A stretch of 64,000 nt of DNA, taken from assembly GCF_009914755.1 (NCBI RefSeq), contig NC_060935.1; one strand, written 5' to 3'. A program made the translations under genes and the position numbers. This document shows, piece after piece, positions 30,240-48,108 of this stretch; positions within the stretch are counted from its first letter, which is position 1, and every line of letters begins with the position of its first letter. The notes beneath the pieces are model-generated. The model was not told the DNA's origin and made no database searches. It saw nothing but the letters and a program-made list of their open reading frames with translations. The stretch comes from the human T2T-CHM13v2.0 reference genome, Homo sapiens.

Positions 30240-31041
30240 TCAGAGAGCAATACTTGCCTCATTTCCCACAACTCCCTGAAGGGCCATTGTGTGTGTTCAT
30301 TAGTCTCTGAAATTAAGAAAAAGACTCACAAAAGCATTTAAGAATGTTTGCTGATGTTTTTAACCTTATACATGTTTTCTTATCTGGCTTAACCAGTTTT
30401 GAAAGACAAGTGTTTCATCGTCTTGAGAACGCTGACTTATGATGCCCTTGATTGGCATTAAGGAAACAAACTCTGGGAAAGAATGATGACGTCCTGTTAT
30501 ATTCTCATCTTTGTATTGCTCTCTCAAGGTAAGATGGGTCTCTTTAGTACACTATGTATTCAAGTTTAATGATTAAAGCTATAAAGGACTAGAGCATTTG
30601 TTTTGGCAAATTACACAATGATCAAATAGCCTCAATGTTTTAAAATGATTCCTGATACTCAATCTTATCTTTTCCCAGTTTCGTCTGGCAATTGGTTATC
30701 TACTTTTTATCATGCTAAAGGGCTAATCCTTTGTACTCTTGCCCATGAAATATGAGCAAGTCATTGGGGTCGCTCTTCATCAGTAAAAGTTAATGGTACA
30801 GTTATTCATTAAGTCCTCTGGATAATCATCTTGACTGTTATTTATATAATAATCTCTAGGCTATTATGTATGATATGTTGATATTATCTCCTGCAAATGA
30901 ATGCTTCCTTTAACTGCCTTTTTCTAATAAGGCCACTGTCTGAAATGAATTATTTGATGCTTGTAGAGGCTGACCTCCTCAACAATTAGTGTAATTAAGT
31001 GTTGGTTCTAATTAAGCTTACTCAGTTATAACCTTCCACTA

Positions 31042-31338
<297 letters not shown>

Positions 31339-32032
31339 TTAGCTTCCCAAAGAAGTGCTGATACAGCTGACGAAGGTCACAGAAGCCAAGAAGCATGGTG
31401 GGGTACTCATGGTCATACCCCAAGTCTCTGCTACCTGCAGATGGGCTAGAGGGAGAGCAGGTGCAGCTCCTCCCACCCCCCTAAATGAGTTCTAGTTTCT
31501 GAGGAAGACTGTCAGGGTGACCAGAGGGATAAAGATGTCTCCCAATCTGCAGAGCCACTCCCCCTACTGGCAAATTTAAAGCCACTGAAAGTTCCTGCTG
31601 ATCTGCAGCCAGCAACCTAAGTAGGACCACATCTGGCAGGCTAGAGGTGAGTGCAGAACAGGGCAAAGGGGATGGTCCTTTCTTAATCTTGAACCTTCTC
31701 CTTTCGATATGAGTAATGGGCAAAGCAAGAGTGGGTAAGCATCGCCGCCCCAACCACTGCCTTGTTGTAGACTACTGACTTCATCCTTGCAACTGCCAAT
31801 TTACTCAAATTTGAAGTTTCACTTTCCCTGAAAGGAGAAAGCCCTGTCATAACCACGTGAAAAATAAGCCACAATTGTTAAATTGCAACAATGGAGATGA
31901 GGAACAATAAGCAAACAGCCTTCTAGTTCTGTATCTCATACAGTTAGTCCAAGTAATAGACAAGTGCTATTCAACATTCATTGAATTGTTAGCATCTAGG
32001 CACCCAGAAACATGATTTTTCTACCATAGCTA

Positions 32033-32409
<377 letters not shown>

Positions 32410-32449
32410 TTAAATATGCAGATAGTACATGTATGTTTATCTCTGTTCC

Positions 32450-34960
<2,511 letters not shown>

Positions 34961-34973
34961 GAAGTAACTGTAG

Positions 34974-35292
34974 GGCCAGGCATGAAGGCTCACACGTGTA
35001 ATCCAAACACTTTGGGAGGCCAAGGTAGGCAGATCGCTAGAGCCCAGGAGTTCGAGACCAGCCTGGGCAACAGGGCAAAACCCTGTCTCTACAAAAAATA
35101 CAAATATTAGCCAGGCGCAGTGGCACATGCCTGTAGTCCAGCTACTCAGGAAGCTGAGGTGAGAGAATCGCTTGAGCCTGGGAGGCGGAGGTTGCAGTGA
35201 GATATGATCACACCACAGCACCCCAGCCTGGGGGCAACAGAGTGAGACTCTGTCTTAAAAAAAAAAAAAAAAGAAAAGAAAAGAAGAAAAAA
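34974..35292 (+). mobile_element. AluJ/S
   Basis: Full dimer with tail. Confidence 0.88.
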
Positions 35293-35974
35293 ATAACTGT
35301 ATACCCTTCATTTTTTTCAGAAATATGGGGGAGGAGGAGCCAGAAGAAGAAACAGCTCGAAGAATTGACTATTGTTGCCTCTGGCAAATGGGATGAGGAA
35401 ATGGGAAGTTATGAGACAAGGAAATGATGAGTTTCATTACAAGCCTAGAAGTAATTAAGCGTTTATGTTACTCATTTGTACTATTTTCACTTAAGACAAT
35501 GAAAATTTATAATTTCTAAAGAGCAGAAAAGAGCTCAGAAAGGTTACCTGCTTGGTAACCAATGGCTGTATGATATGTTGCCTGACTGTTAAATCCAGAA
35601 ACTGTCAAAAGATGGGTTTTGTTTAGGTTGAGCCAGACTTTCTCCAGAAGGAGTAACGCACCAAAGGATCTGTCTGACTCCCACCCCCATGACCACCTCT
35701 ATTTCTGCTCATCTCCAGCTTGACCGCTGGACCTTCAGGCAGGTCTTCCCTTGTCCCACAGCCAAGTGTTGCCCCTCTCCATTCATCTCTTCTACTATTA
35801 TCATCAGCTGAGTCAGAAATAGAAGACTCAGTGGACACAAAAAAAGACTAGCTGCCATTCTGAGCTAGAGGCTGCTTCAGAGGAAGACAGCTGACTTCAC
35901 TGACCACCCACTCAGTCCCAGGCACTGGACTCTGGGCACCTTTCCATATTATTATTTTAATTGAGCATCCCAAC

Positions 35975-36345
35975 TGATATGGCCAGGCTTTATGTCCCCA
36001 CTCAAATCTCATCCTGAATTATAATCCCCATAATCCCCTCGTGTCAAGGGAGAGACCAGGTGGAGGTGATTGGATTATGGGGGCGGTTCCCATGCTGTTC
36101 TCATGATAGAGTGAGATCATGAGATCTCATGGTTTTACAAGTGTTTGGTAGTTCCTCCTGCATTTATTCTCCTTCCTGCCACCTTGTGAAGAAGGTACCT
36201 TGCTTCCCCTTTGCCTTCCACCATGATTATAAGTTTCCTGAGGCCTCCCCAGCCATGTGGAACTGTGAGTCAATTAAGCCTCTTTCTTTATCAATTACCC
36301 AGTCTCAGGCAGTTCTTTACAGCAGTATGAAAATGGGCGAATACC
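35975..36345 (+). mobile_element. THE1-type (probably THE1D) MaLR solo LTR inserted in a MIR
   Basis: Starts tgatatgg; contains gtttcctgaggcctccccagccatgtggaactgtgagtcaatt; MIR halves on both sides. Confidence 0.88.
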
Positions 36346-36679
36346 CTGGCCCTAAGAGGTAGACTTTATTACATCCATTTCAAAGAAAGACCAAGAGACA
36401 GAGCCTCAGGGCAGTTTGCCAAGTCTTACAGCTAGGTGGGGGCTGCATTGGGACGTTAACCTGATTATTCTGATGGACACGAGACCAAGGGTCTTGCTTG
36501 GTTGGTGATTAAGCAACAGCACTGGTGAAGAACAGACACACACCCTGGTTCACAGGAGCTGCTCACCCCAGTCCAGCTGGTCTGAGGGCATGTGGCTCCC
36601 AAGTTCAGGTCTGATGCAATAAGTTGGGGAGGGAAAAGGACAATTGCAGTGGCCAAGGAAAGGGAGTGAAGGTGCCTAC

Positions 36680-36769
36680 CCATGAGCAGCCGCCGTTTCA
36701 CCCGTTTATCCCCATCCACCACTGATGTGGTGTTGCTCTCTGTCACCTCCAGGACAGTGTCCTCTCGCT
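36680..36769 (-). CDS. SCUBE2: SCUBE2 exon 7, inter-EGF linker ([30 protein letters not shown])
   Basis: ctgtag acceptor, GTAGGC donor, 90 nt. Confidence 0.95.
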
Positions 36770-37465
36770 CTACAGGAGAAGCAAAAGAGCACGGTTCTCA
36801 GACTGAATGAGTTAGATTGCTCATCCCCATACAACTGTGTTTGCTGAAATCCCAGACATAAGAGGAATGAAAGATATGTGACTCTGTTCACGCAATAAAA
36901 ATGTGTTGTAATGAGGCTCTGTGGGAGACACAGCCCGTTAAAGGGCCACAGATCCTTAGCAAACATTAAACATGGAAAAGATTTTGGAGGTATATTGCAC
37001 TGACCAAAGAGACACTAGGGAATGCAAGCTTCAGTCCCCTGAGTCGAGGAGAAAAAGAGCCTTGGGCCTGGAAACCTCTAAAATGGAGCTAGTGAAGGAC
37101 ACACCGTGAAGGGCAAGGCAGGCATCCCGCCAGAAATATACGGCCCTGGCTCCTGCTGGCCAGAAGTGCCGCATCATTATAAACAGCTCTAACTTCGTGC
37201 TGCCCTGGCCTCCTGGGAGGTGTTGTGCCAGTCTCTGGAATACCAGCGTTAGGAGCAGCCTAGTCCAGGAGAGGAGGAAGGGCTTCCCAAGGTCACACAG
37301 GGAGAGAGGGGCCTTCCCCACAGGCCTAGACCACTCCCACTGTAGCATGCGAAGCAGCACAGGGCCTGCTGGGGGGGCAAATGCACAGGAAACAGCCTGC
37401 ATCTGTGCTAAACACCATTAAGGGGTAGGGGTAGGGACAGGCAGGCTGGTGCAGACCCTCACTCA

Positions 37466-37618
<153 letters not shown>

Positions 37619-38477
37619 TCAATACATAAAGCACTGAGATTTCCACAAACACAGGGCTGTGTTTGCTCCAGAGAAATTCTGATTTTCATTCTGCAAGTAT
37701 TTGAGCACCTAGTGCATGCCAGGCATGGTGCACGAAAGACATAACTCCAAGTCAGACCCTGTGGTGTCTGTGTATGCAGATAGTTACAATACAAATTGTA
37801 GAAATGCTGAAACATGGGTTTAAACAAAGTCATACAGGAAGAGGGAGATGGGAGAGTTGGGGGAGAGACTTTTATTATATAAGGGAAATTATACCAAGAG
37901 ATTCTAGACTACTGCTTTGTTCTATCTAGAGAAGTTTACCTATTAATACAGCTGTACTGGGGCTTTGGGAAATGCTATAGCACTTTATGCTGGAATAAAA
38001 CAGACAATATTTAATTTGTACATATATGTCAGAATTTCTCTCATCAGATTCAATCTAGATTAGTTAGAAGGAAGGATAATCACAGGATGATTCTGCACAC
38101 AATTAACGTGACAGTAACTGGTAATTATCAAGACTATATATGAATGTATTGATGATAGGCCAAAAAGAAAAAAAGCCAACTACAAAACTATCTATTCATC
38201 AAACTGCTAACCGTGGTTACCTCTGGCAAGGGAAACGGGAGGCGGGAAACTGCATGTTTTCTTTATATGCTTTGGAGTGTTTGCATTTTACATAGGCCCT
38301 TTGTAATTTTTCTAATTCAAAAGAACTAATTACATATTTGTGTTGTCCTGTGATTATAGCTATGTAAAAATTGTGTATGCATATGAACAACAACTAAATA
38401 GGAATATGGAAAAATTGAAACAGCTGGTTATGTGGTGAGATTCTAGGTCTTAGTTTTTTTCTTTGTTAATTCCTCAA

Positions 38478-38575
38478 ACGTTAAATATGTTAATGTTAAA
38501 AATGTTATAATGTTAAAAATGTTAATAATGTTAATGTTAAAATATGTTAATGTTAAAATTAAAAAAAGTTAATAA
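38478..38575. repeat. AT-rich degenerate (ATGTTAA)n repeat
   Basis: Repeated atgttaa units with variable spacers. Confidence 0.85.
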
Positions 38576-40158
38576 CAGAACAATATTATTTGAGCAGTGA
38601 TATCTTAAAGACATTTAAAATCTTTAAAAACAAGCTTACAGGTGCCCACCCCCCCGCCCCCTTCAGCAACTGTTCCCTGAAAGACTATGAAATGTTGAGG
38701 GTCTCGCCCCGCAGGTGAGTCTTGGAGGGTCTGGGTCTTCCTTCCGAAGATCTGGAGGTGGGAAAATGGTCTCCACTCTGCTAGCTCACTGGAAGCCCTC
38801 AGGGACAGCCTGACTTCGAGGGGCCCTAAGAGCATGTCAGAACCTGTTGCTTGAGTGTGATGGTGGCACCAGCCTTGGCTTGGACAGCTTTGGGGTGGCA
38901 GTCTGCTTTGTGAGGGAGACAATGGAGAGAAGTCCCTCACCAGTGAAACTGTCCCCTCATCTCCTACTCACCATAAACCACCATCCCCACCAAATGGCAG
39001 GGGTCTTCTGTCCATGGCTTTGGGAAGGTTCCTAAAGGGAACTCCTCAGTGCTTCCCCTGGCATAAATCGTGGTTTAGGAACACCATGAATTGCCAGTGG
39101 TTTCCTGTTCCCAGGTGGAGTTTTGTTACTACAATCGTGGTGCAGGAGCTGCGGCCCGATGGTGTAGGCCACCCATTTACCCACTCATTAAACACAAGTG
39201 TACTGAGCATATCCCATAGCAGGTACCAGGGGAGGACTGAGAGGAAAAATGAGGCAAGGTCCCTGACTTGGAGGGGGCTCATACCTGGGGAGACAGACAC
39301 ATCAACACACAAGTCAACCCAGAGCTATACAGCTGAGGAAAGTGCTGTGGGAGCCAAAGTACAAGATGGCTGCCCTGTCTGAAGCACCCAGGAGGCTTCT
39401 GATAGCAGAGGATGGTAGCATGGGATTAAGAGCACAGCTTTAGAGCTCAACAGACCAGGGTTTGAACACTCATTTGCCACTCACTCCCTGTGTGACCTTG
39501 TTGCTTCACCTTCTGCACAACTTCGACAACTGAAAATGAGTGTAATAATACTGAGCTCACAGTGCAGTGCTTGTAAGAATTAAATGGGATATGGCACATC
39601 TTGAGACAAGCCTTTGCACAAAATAAATTCCCCACCAAAAGGTAGCTATTATGCTTATCCTTATTAGAAGTTAAACAGAATATTGAAGGTTGAGTGAGAG
39701 TCCACCACGCCAGGAAGGCAGGAGGGCTTGGGAAAGGCCTGGAGGCATCAAAGGATTTGGGCTGTTCTCCAAAGGCAAGGGGAGTAGTGTCTGCGGAAAG
39801 GAGGCAGATGAGGTTTATAGGGGAAGCAGGACCTGGTGGCAAAGAGCTGTGATTGCCAGATGAGGACATTTGGTTTTATTCTGTGGGAACAGGGAGAACT
39901 GCCCCCCAACATTCACACTCCTTACTCCTGAATTTCATTTCCTCCTGATGAGTTCCTTTTTAAAATATCATTTCCCTTCCCTAAGGGAGACCACCCTTCT
40001 GCAGTGAACAAGTACTTGGTAGAGGTCGGTATCCCGTGCTAACTGCCTTCCCTGCTGCTGCAGCCGTGCCATGAGGTGGTGCTTCTGAGCTGGGCCACAG
40101 AAGGCAGCCTGTGGAATACGACGGTTCCCATGGCAGGTGTGCACTGGCCCATACTTAC

Positions 40159-40284
40159 AGATGCAGTCTCTCTGGTTCTTGGCCAGCTCAAAACCAGGCC
40201 TGCACTCACAGGCGACGCTGCCCCTTGGGGCCTCCTTGCAGATGTGACTACAGCCGTGATCCTTATTCATGCAGCTCAGGCCCT
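40159..40284 (-). CDS. SCUBE2: SCUBE2 exon 5, EGF4 ([16 protein letters not shown]...RDCI)
   Basis: tttcag acceptor, GTAAGT donor, 126 nt. Confidence 0.96.
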
Positions 40285-40917
40285 CTGAAAAACAGCAGTG
40301 TGCGACAGGTGACTAGGCTGTGGTCAGAATCCTGAGCCCTGGGAGAGCGGCAAAGGGCTAAGGGGTGGCCCACAGATCTGTCTGCTTAGGTCTCCATCAG
40401 CCCCACATTTGAAAAGTATATGTCATTAAAGTCAACCTAGGCCAATTAATAGACATGAAAAATTTATTCTGTCACCCAAGAGATATGATGTCTCAACTCT
40501 CCTAACGAGTTGGGAGCCTTCCCAATACACTGGAGCTCTCTATTGCATGCAGGATCAGAGCCTGCTGACCCCAGGAACTGGTACTCACGCTCTTATCTCT
40601 GCCATGTCTTTACCCAAGAGCTGATCAAGAATGTAAAGAGAAAAGGAGAATCCTCCTAAGAAAATGTTCAGATAGAATGATCAAGATTCTCAATTTTTTC
40701 ACATACTCTTGAAGATAATTTTCAAAACATTTCAACGCCCCTCTCTGCCCCCACCAATCCCACCCTTCTGAGGTGAGTGTGACTGTGGCATTTTGGCATC
40801 CTCGTACGGGCCACATGCCCCGGGATCTGTCTTCTGTGACCACCCTCAGCCACTCCCTTGATCCCTCCCTCAGGGCATAAGCCTCTGACAGCATCACACA
40901 GCAACAGCAACAAGAAC

Positions 40918-40973
40918 AGAGGGAGGGAGAGAAGAGACAGAGAGAGAGAGAAGAGAGAGAGAGAGAAGGAGGG
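40918..40973. repeat. Purine-only (GA)-rich tract
   Basis: Imperfect GA repeat. Confidence 0.9.
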
Positions 40974-42926
40974 AGTGTGCTCGTGTGTGGTAGCTGCTGT
41001 ACAATTCTTTTGAGGTATACAGTAAATTCTGATTAGGCTTAACCTTGTAGTATGATGGTGGGAAGGGGAACAGCTGCTTCTGTTCTTGCAGGGCTCGGCA
41101 CACATCTAAATGAGGGGGCACAGCAAGGTAACTGCCCGTGTGGTTTACCAGCATTCTGCCTCATCTCAAAACTAATTCTTTGAGATCCTGCTGCCTACCA
41201 GCATCCTGAAGGAATTCTTTTCATACCCTAGAATACTTTCAAGACATCTGCTCAGTTTATACTTTATTATTAATTACCTGTTCCTATGTTGCTTCTTTGC
41301 ATTCGTGCAATGTAACTCTAAAACATCTCTGAGAGTAGGGACTTGGTTGTCATTGGCTCTCTATCAATGAGACACTCTAATACTAGTAGGGCACTGTTTT
41401 CAACACGAGTACAAAAAGGTTGCTTTCACTTCTCTAGAATCCAACACCCTTCTATATTGTGCCCCTAAAACCTTAGCCAACAGGTTCTAGTGAAGTCAAA
41501 GTTCTCTCTCCAGCTCCCACTCCAGAGCTGTCAAACTGTGCTTAAACGGAACAATTGTTTTAATACAAACAGATGTCATTCCTATTCCAGAAGACAGTGC
41601 AAGGGTTAATATATCCCATACTTTCTGGAGTCTCTCTTAAAACCCTCTTGCTCTTTTGCCTGACAGTTATGAGCTGCCTGCACTCCAGCACTCAGTCTGC
41701 TGGTTGCTGGGATTCATTCATCCATGCCAAGGGTGGCTGTCAATTAACACAGAAAGAGACTTGCACTGGATTGGTGGAAAGCTTTCTCTTGCTCTGGCTG
41801 GTAATTCCGAAGATGTGATTTGCACCCCAGTACTGAGATGGCGCGGGAGGTGACAGCTGCCTCTAGAAGCAGTGTCCTGTCTGAGAAGGCCCAGAAAGCG
41901 TTGTGTTTGTCCTTGGGTCAGCCGAGCATGGGAAGTAACTAGTGCTCGGGGGTAAATATAATACTGCCCAAGAAATGGGGGCAGGAACACCTGGAAAGTA
42001 CACTCCCAAACAGGCCAGCTGCTGCTGCTTTTTCACTCTGTTTACAAGACTGTTAAGACATTTGCAAAGTGACCTTTACTGCCTCAGAGTAATTCACCTA
42101 CACAAGAAATATTTCGTAAGAATGCCTGTATGCCAGATGCCATTGTGATACACAGAGAACCTACCACCTAATGTCCTACCACATCAAGCTACACCTGAAG
42201 TTACCAAGACATAATAGAGACTTAAATGGCTCTGGAAACGCTGACAGCTTTTCAAGAAGTGACCTCAAAGCCTTTGTAGCACTCTGACTTAATGCAAGAC
42301 CACTGCTGGGGTGAGCAGATTAATCTGTTCCAAACTAGGCAGCCCAGCAAATGGCCCTAGCTCTTTCCAAAATTGGTCTGGTTGTCACGTCCAGGATGGT
42401 TCGTTCACCAGAAGGGAAACAGCTCAGAAACATTGGAAATCCCCCATTCTGGTGCACCCCAAGATCAGGGCTCCACTGAAGATTATTTCTGGAAACCAAA
42501 CAAAAATATGCCTTGTGAATTGGGAGGAAAACATGACATAAAACGGGTAACAGGTCCTGCTGAAAGCACAGCCTCCACTTTGCCACCCTGACACCTTCCC
42601 TGTTGCCCTGAAAAGGCATCAGTACACCATCTAAATATTCTCAGAACACACAAAACAAAAGAGGAGTGCTCATTCTGAGAGCCTGAGCACCCATGAATAG
42701 GAACAAAGGCGGGCCGGGGGTGATGTGTTTCTCTCCAGCCTACCCTCATTATATGGGTGAAAACACACAGTCTCTTTATCACAGCTTTGGAGTCTCTAAG
42801 GATAAAAAAAAATAAAATAAAAAATCAGTATCTTGAGCTTTCCCTCAGAGTCAATGATTATGATGCCCTATATTAAAGAACATTTGGTAAATAATTATTA
42901 AAAACAACAGCAATAGAAAATACTAG

Positions 42927-43295
<369 letters not shown>

Positions 43296-45153
43296 ACCAC
43301 TGTGGGTTTTTAAGCCTACAGTTTCATAGAGTTTAATGTGCATATCAGAGAGGAAATCCTAGAAGAAAACTTTTTACAGGCTGTTCTATTTGAAGAATCA
43401 AAACCCTAGGATGCAAAGGTTCTCCGTTACCAATTGCTATAATCTGTTGGCTGACACTCCCATGAATTTGCCAAGCAATCAGGTTGAAACACAACAGAAA
43501 ATCACAGAGAGCACTTCCAGACCACAACGCAAATTCTTAGATTTTGGTTTTAGTTCCAGACAAAAATGTTCACTTCAAATACTCTTTAGGGGATCCAAGA
43601 ATGTCTGAATTGTAGAAAATTTAGAAAACACAGTTTGCAGAAAGGAACTGCATTTGTATTTGCTTCTGGTATGAGGAGCCTGTGTCTCTAATCAGTCCGG
43701 GGGCTTGCAGGAGGGGAGAGTGGGGCTGAGCCAGGGCTCTGGAAGTACAAGGATAAGAGGTGATCTTAATCGCTACCAGCTGCTTTGTAACTGGGTGGGA
43801 CCCAGACTGTGAGGGCTCAAGCGATGGCTTTAACCTGCAGTTCCCACATCCCTCCCCAGCCACCTGCAGAGGAAGCCAAAGTGACTTCCCAGGAAGCAGC
43901 TTTGAGCAATCAAAAGGAGAGATGCCCTGAGATTCGGATCACTCTGTGCCACTGGCCTCCTAATTCATTCCCATCTCGAATTTGGCCTACATTGGACAAG
44001 AGTGCAGGGCACACCAATGACCCCAGAGAACCTGGCAGGAAAATGAAACCCAACTGCTACTTTATCAAGGGCCACACCTGGCACAAGATAGGAAATCTGC
44101 CTGATCAAAGCCAGTATGTGTGACTTCCCCGCCCCAAACGCTGAGAATGAGCAGGCTCTGGGTGATGATAGCCATCAAACCCATTGGCCCCTGGGGGTTC
44201 CTCTGACAATTTTTCTTGGTACCCAAACAGGTATTCTAGTTAAGTATAAGGTGTGAGCTGCCATCCTTGGAAAATGAGACAAAAATCATCTTCCATGAAG
44301 AAACCCTTGAAAAGTTACCAAGACCAGGATTAAAACAATCTATAAATTTGTGATTAAATAGTAGAAGAAATTAAAATGACCTCATTCTTAAGTAATGGGA
44401 AAGAATAAGCAGCACATGGCCAAAGGGGTTAATAGGCTAGTATTTAGGGCACTTCCCCTAAAAATAGGCAGATGCAACTCCAAGAGGAACACAGCCACCA
44501 AAATGTGACTCTTTAGCTTAAGAAAGAGCAGGGAAGAGTTAAAAGGATGACATTCAGTTAAAAATAACTGATTGGCCACATGTACTTAATGCCCCTTCCT
44601 CTCAAGAATCTACTAAGTAACAGAGGAATGAAAAAAGGTATAAACTCAAAGCAAAGAGAATGAAGAGAAGGACATCAGAAGAGAAGAGTTTCCGGCAAAT
44701 TTACAGAGGAATGATAAATGGTGACGTAGGCGAAGGAAACCACAGCACGGAAAGTCCAGGGAGGGAGCCCTTCTGCCCCTCGGAGCTCAAAAATGCAAAA
44801 CATGGAAGGGCCGGATCTAGCTTGGGGCTGAAAACAGGGCACTTCATTGAAAGTCTGCATGGGAAGGATCCAGCCTCCTCCCTACCCACCCAGAGCAGGG
44901 AGCAGGCTCATACTGGTGCTGTGGTTTTCAGCACCTTTTTGAAAAACTTGGCAGATCATCCACTATATTGCTCCTGAGACATCTAGTCATGTTTGAAATG
45001 TATTCTATGTAAAGATTAGAATCAGAAAATGTGAGAGTTTGAAAGGACCTCAGAGCTCACCCAGTCCAGTGCAACTATTTTGCCAGGTGAGGAAGTTGAA
45101 GTTCAAATAACTTGCCCACGGTTACCCGGCAGTGGAGTCTGGACTCGTCCTCA

Positions 45154-45573
<420 letters not shown>

Positions 45574-45722
45574 TTACGGGTCTGGGGCTCACTTGGCCAG
45601 GACCGCCACATGGACACAAGGTCATCAGCTCAGTAAATATTTGTTGAACATCTTCTCTTTCCACAGCATGGTGCTAGAGGAGACAGCAAAATATAGATAA
45701 GGAAGATAAAATTCCTTCCCTT

Positions 45723-46114
<392 letters not shown>

Positions 46115-47953
46115 TCATGGGGTATCGGGATGAATTAAGGATAAGCTAATAAAAGATGGGCCCTTAGGATTGTCCAATTATAAATCAGGAAAGAAGGGAT
46201 TATAGGTGGAAGAGAGCGTAAGCAGTAGCACAAAGGCTGGGAGGCATGAAGAACATTCAGATACCAGTGGGTCAGCCCATGTGGTTGGAGCATAGGGCAC
46301 ATGAGGGAGGTTACAGGAGATACAGCTGGGAGGACAGACTGGGGTCACACTGTGGGATCCTGAATACCAGGCAATGAAGTGCCTACTTAATTTGGGAAGC
46401 AGCTGGGAACCACTAGAGTAGGGGAGAGAGTCTGGCCCTTCACTTTGAGAAATACAAGGCAGCAGCTGAGGGCAGGACAGAGGGAGGGGAAGAATGGGCA
46501 GTCTGGGAGTCCAGCTTCACACATGCATCTGCAACAGCCACAGCTAGCGCTAGTGGCGACAGCACTGCGGCTGCCAGGGATGCTGGGAACCAAGCCAGAG
46601 AAGAAGACTGGGCGGACAAGGTGCCTGCAGGGCTGGGAGCCTTGTGGGCTATGGGGTGGGCATCATTAGAGGATGGAAAGTTGACACCAAGGCCTTCTGG
46701 AAGGGACACATGGAAGGCCAGTGCTGGGTACAGAAATGGGAATGGAGATATGGTTGCCCCTGACCCCCAAGGCAGGCAGGTGATCTGTCTGAAATGCTGA
46801 AATGTAGGGCTAGGTCCAGTAGGCAGTGGCAAACCTCAGTGGGGAGCTTGGAAGAGAATCTGGTGGTGTAAGCACAGCTTTGGAAATCATTTATTTGTAG
46901 TTGCCTGATAAAGTGGTGGAGCTTGATGAGAGAGCCAAAGGCGGGAGTGTGGGAAGGGAGCAGAAAGGAGACAGCCAGAGGTAGAATCCCGGACCCTGCC
47001 AGGGGCAGGGAGGAGGCAGAGGAGATGGCAGGAGTCCCAAGAGCCTCCAGGGAAGGAGCCAGCAGAGAGGTAGGGAGGGAGGAAGCCTTCTGCCACACAC
47101 TGTCAGGGCGGCCTTAGGGGACCTTCCTCCCACTCTGCCTGTGATACCCTGTGCACAGCTGTATTGCTACACTTACTGACTTGCAGCCTCAAAATCCTTT
47201 ACTCATCTACCTCTACTAGATTGCAAACTCCTTGAGGACAGAGATTTTTGTTTTAATTAGCACAGCCCTGGAATACAGCAGGCGCTCATTAACTATTCAA
47301 TGCATGAACAAACAAGCAGGAGAGGATAGCATCACCCGAGCCAGAGAAGAGAAACTTCCAGAGAAGTTTCAGACAACAAAGGCTCAAAGAGAAGGCTGAT
47401 ATAAAATCAATTTATTTTCTCCAGTCTAATTTCTCATGTGCTAATCACTAGCTCCTGGGCATATCCATAATAATCATAATAATAAAACCTCACATTTAAA
47501 TATCTGTTATCTGGTTTCAAGCTTCAGATCTTATAGTCCTCTGTCCTCCCACACTACTGAGCAGATGTCTGACTAAACTGATGGGACTCAAGCCATCCCC
47601 TGAAGCCTAACAAACTTGCCCTTGTCTATGCCAAAGGGTGAAGGAAGCACATTCCAGAGGATGAGCCGTGCTGGAACACACCTGGCCTAGGTGTTCCACA
47701 GCAAGACTCAAGGTGAGCAGGAGAGGTCTGTCTCCCTGAACACCAACTCCTGGATTGGCTGCGAGTAAAGATGTGCTCCCCTCTGAGCTACCACACCCCC
47801 ACCCCACGTTTAACCCCCAATTTCTTTTCCCCAAGGCAATCAGAAATGTGTCATTCAGCTAGCTGATGCTCTGTGGTTGGATAAATACAAAAGTGTGTGT
47901 CCACGTACGCAAATATCTATCACTAAGCTGGTGAGCTTCTCCAGACCATAAAA

Positions 47954-48108
47954 CAGTGGTTCTCAACCCTGGCTATGTGTCAGAACCCTGAGGCCTGGAT
48001 GCCACCTCCAGAGATACTGACAGAGCCAGTCTTGGATGAAGTCTAGGTGATGGTTTTTTTTAAGCTTCTCAGGTGATTCCAGTGTGCGGCCAGAGTTAAG
48101 AACAACTG
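47954..48108. mobile_element. MER5-type hAT element
   Basis: TIRs cagtggttctcaac / gttaagaacaactg. Confidence 0.75.

Noticed and set aside
36244-36256. THE1 CCTCCCCAGCCAT as a PRDM9 hotspot motif
   Set aside because: Fails CCNCCNTNNCCNC at positions 7 and 13; this is the non-matching THE1 variant.
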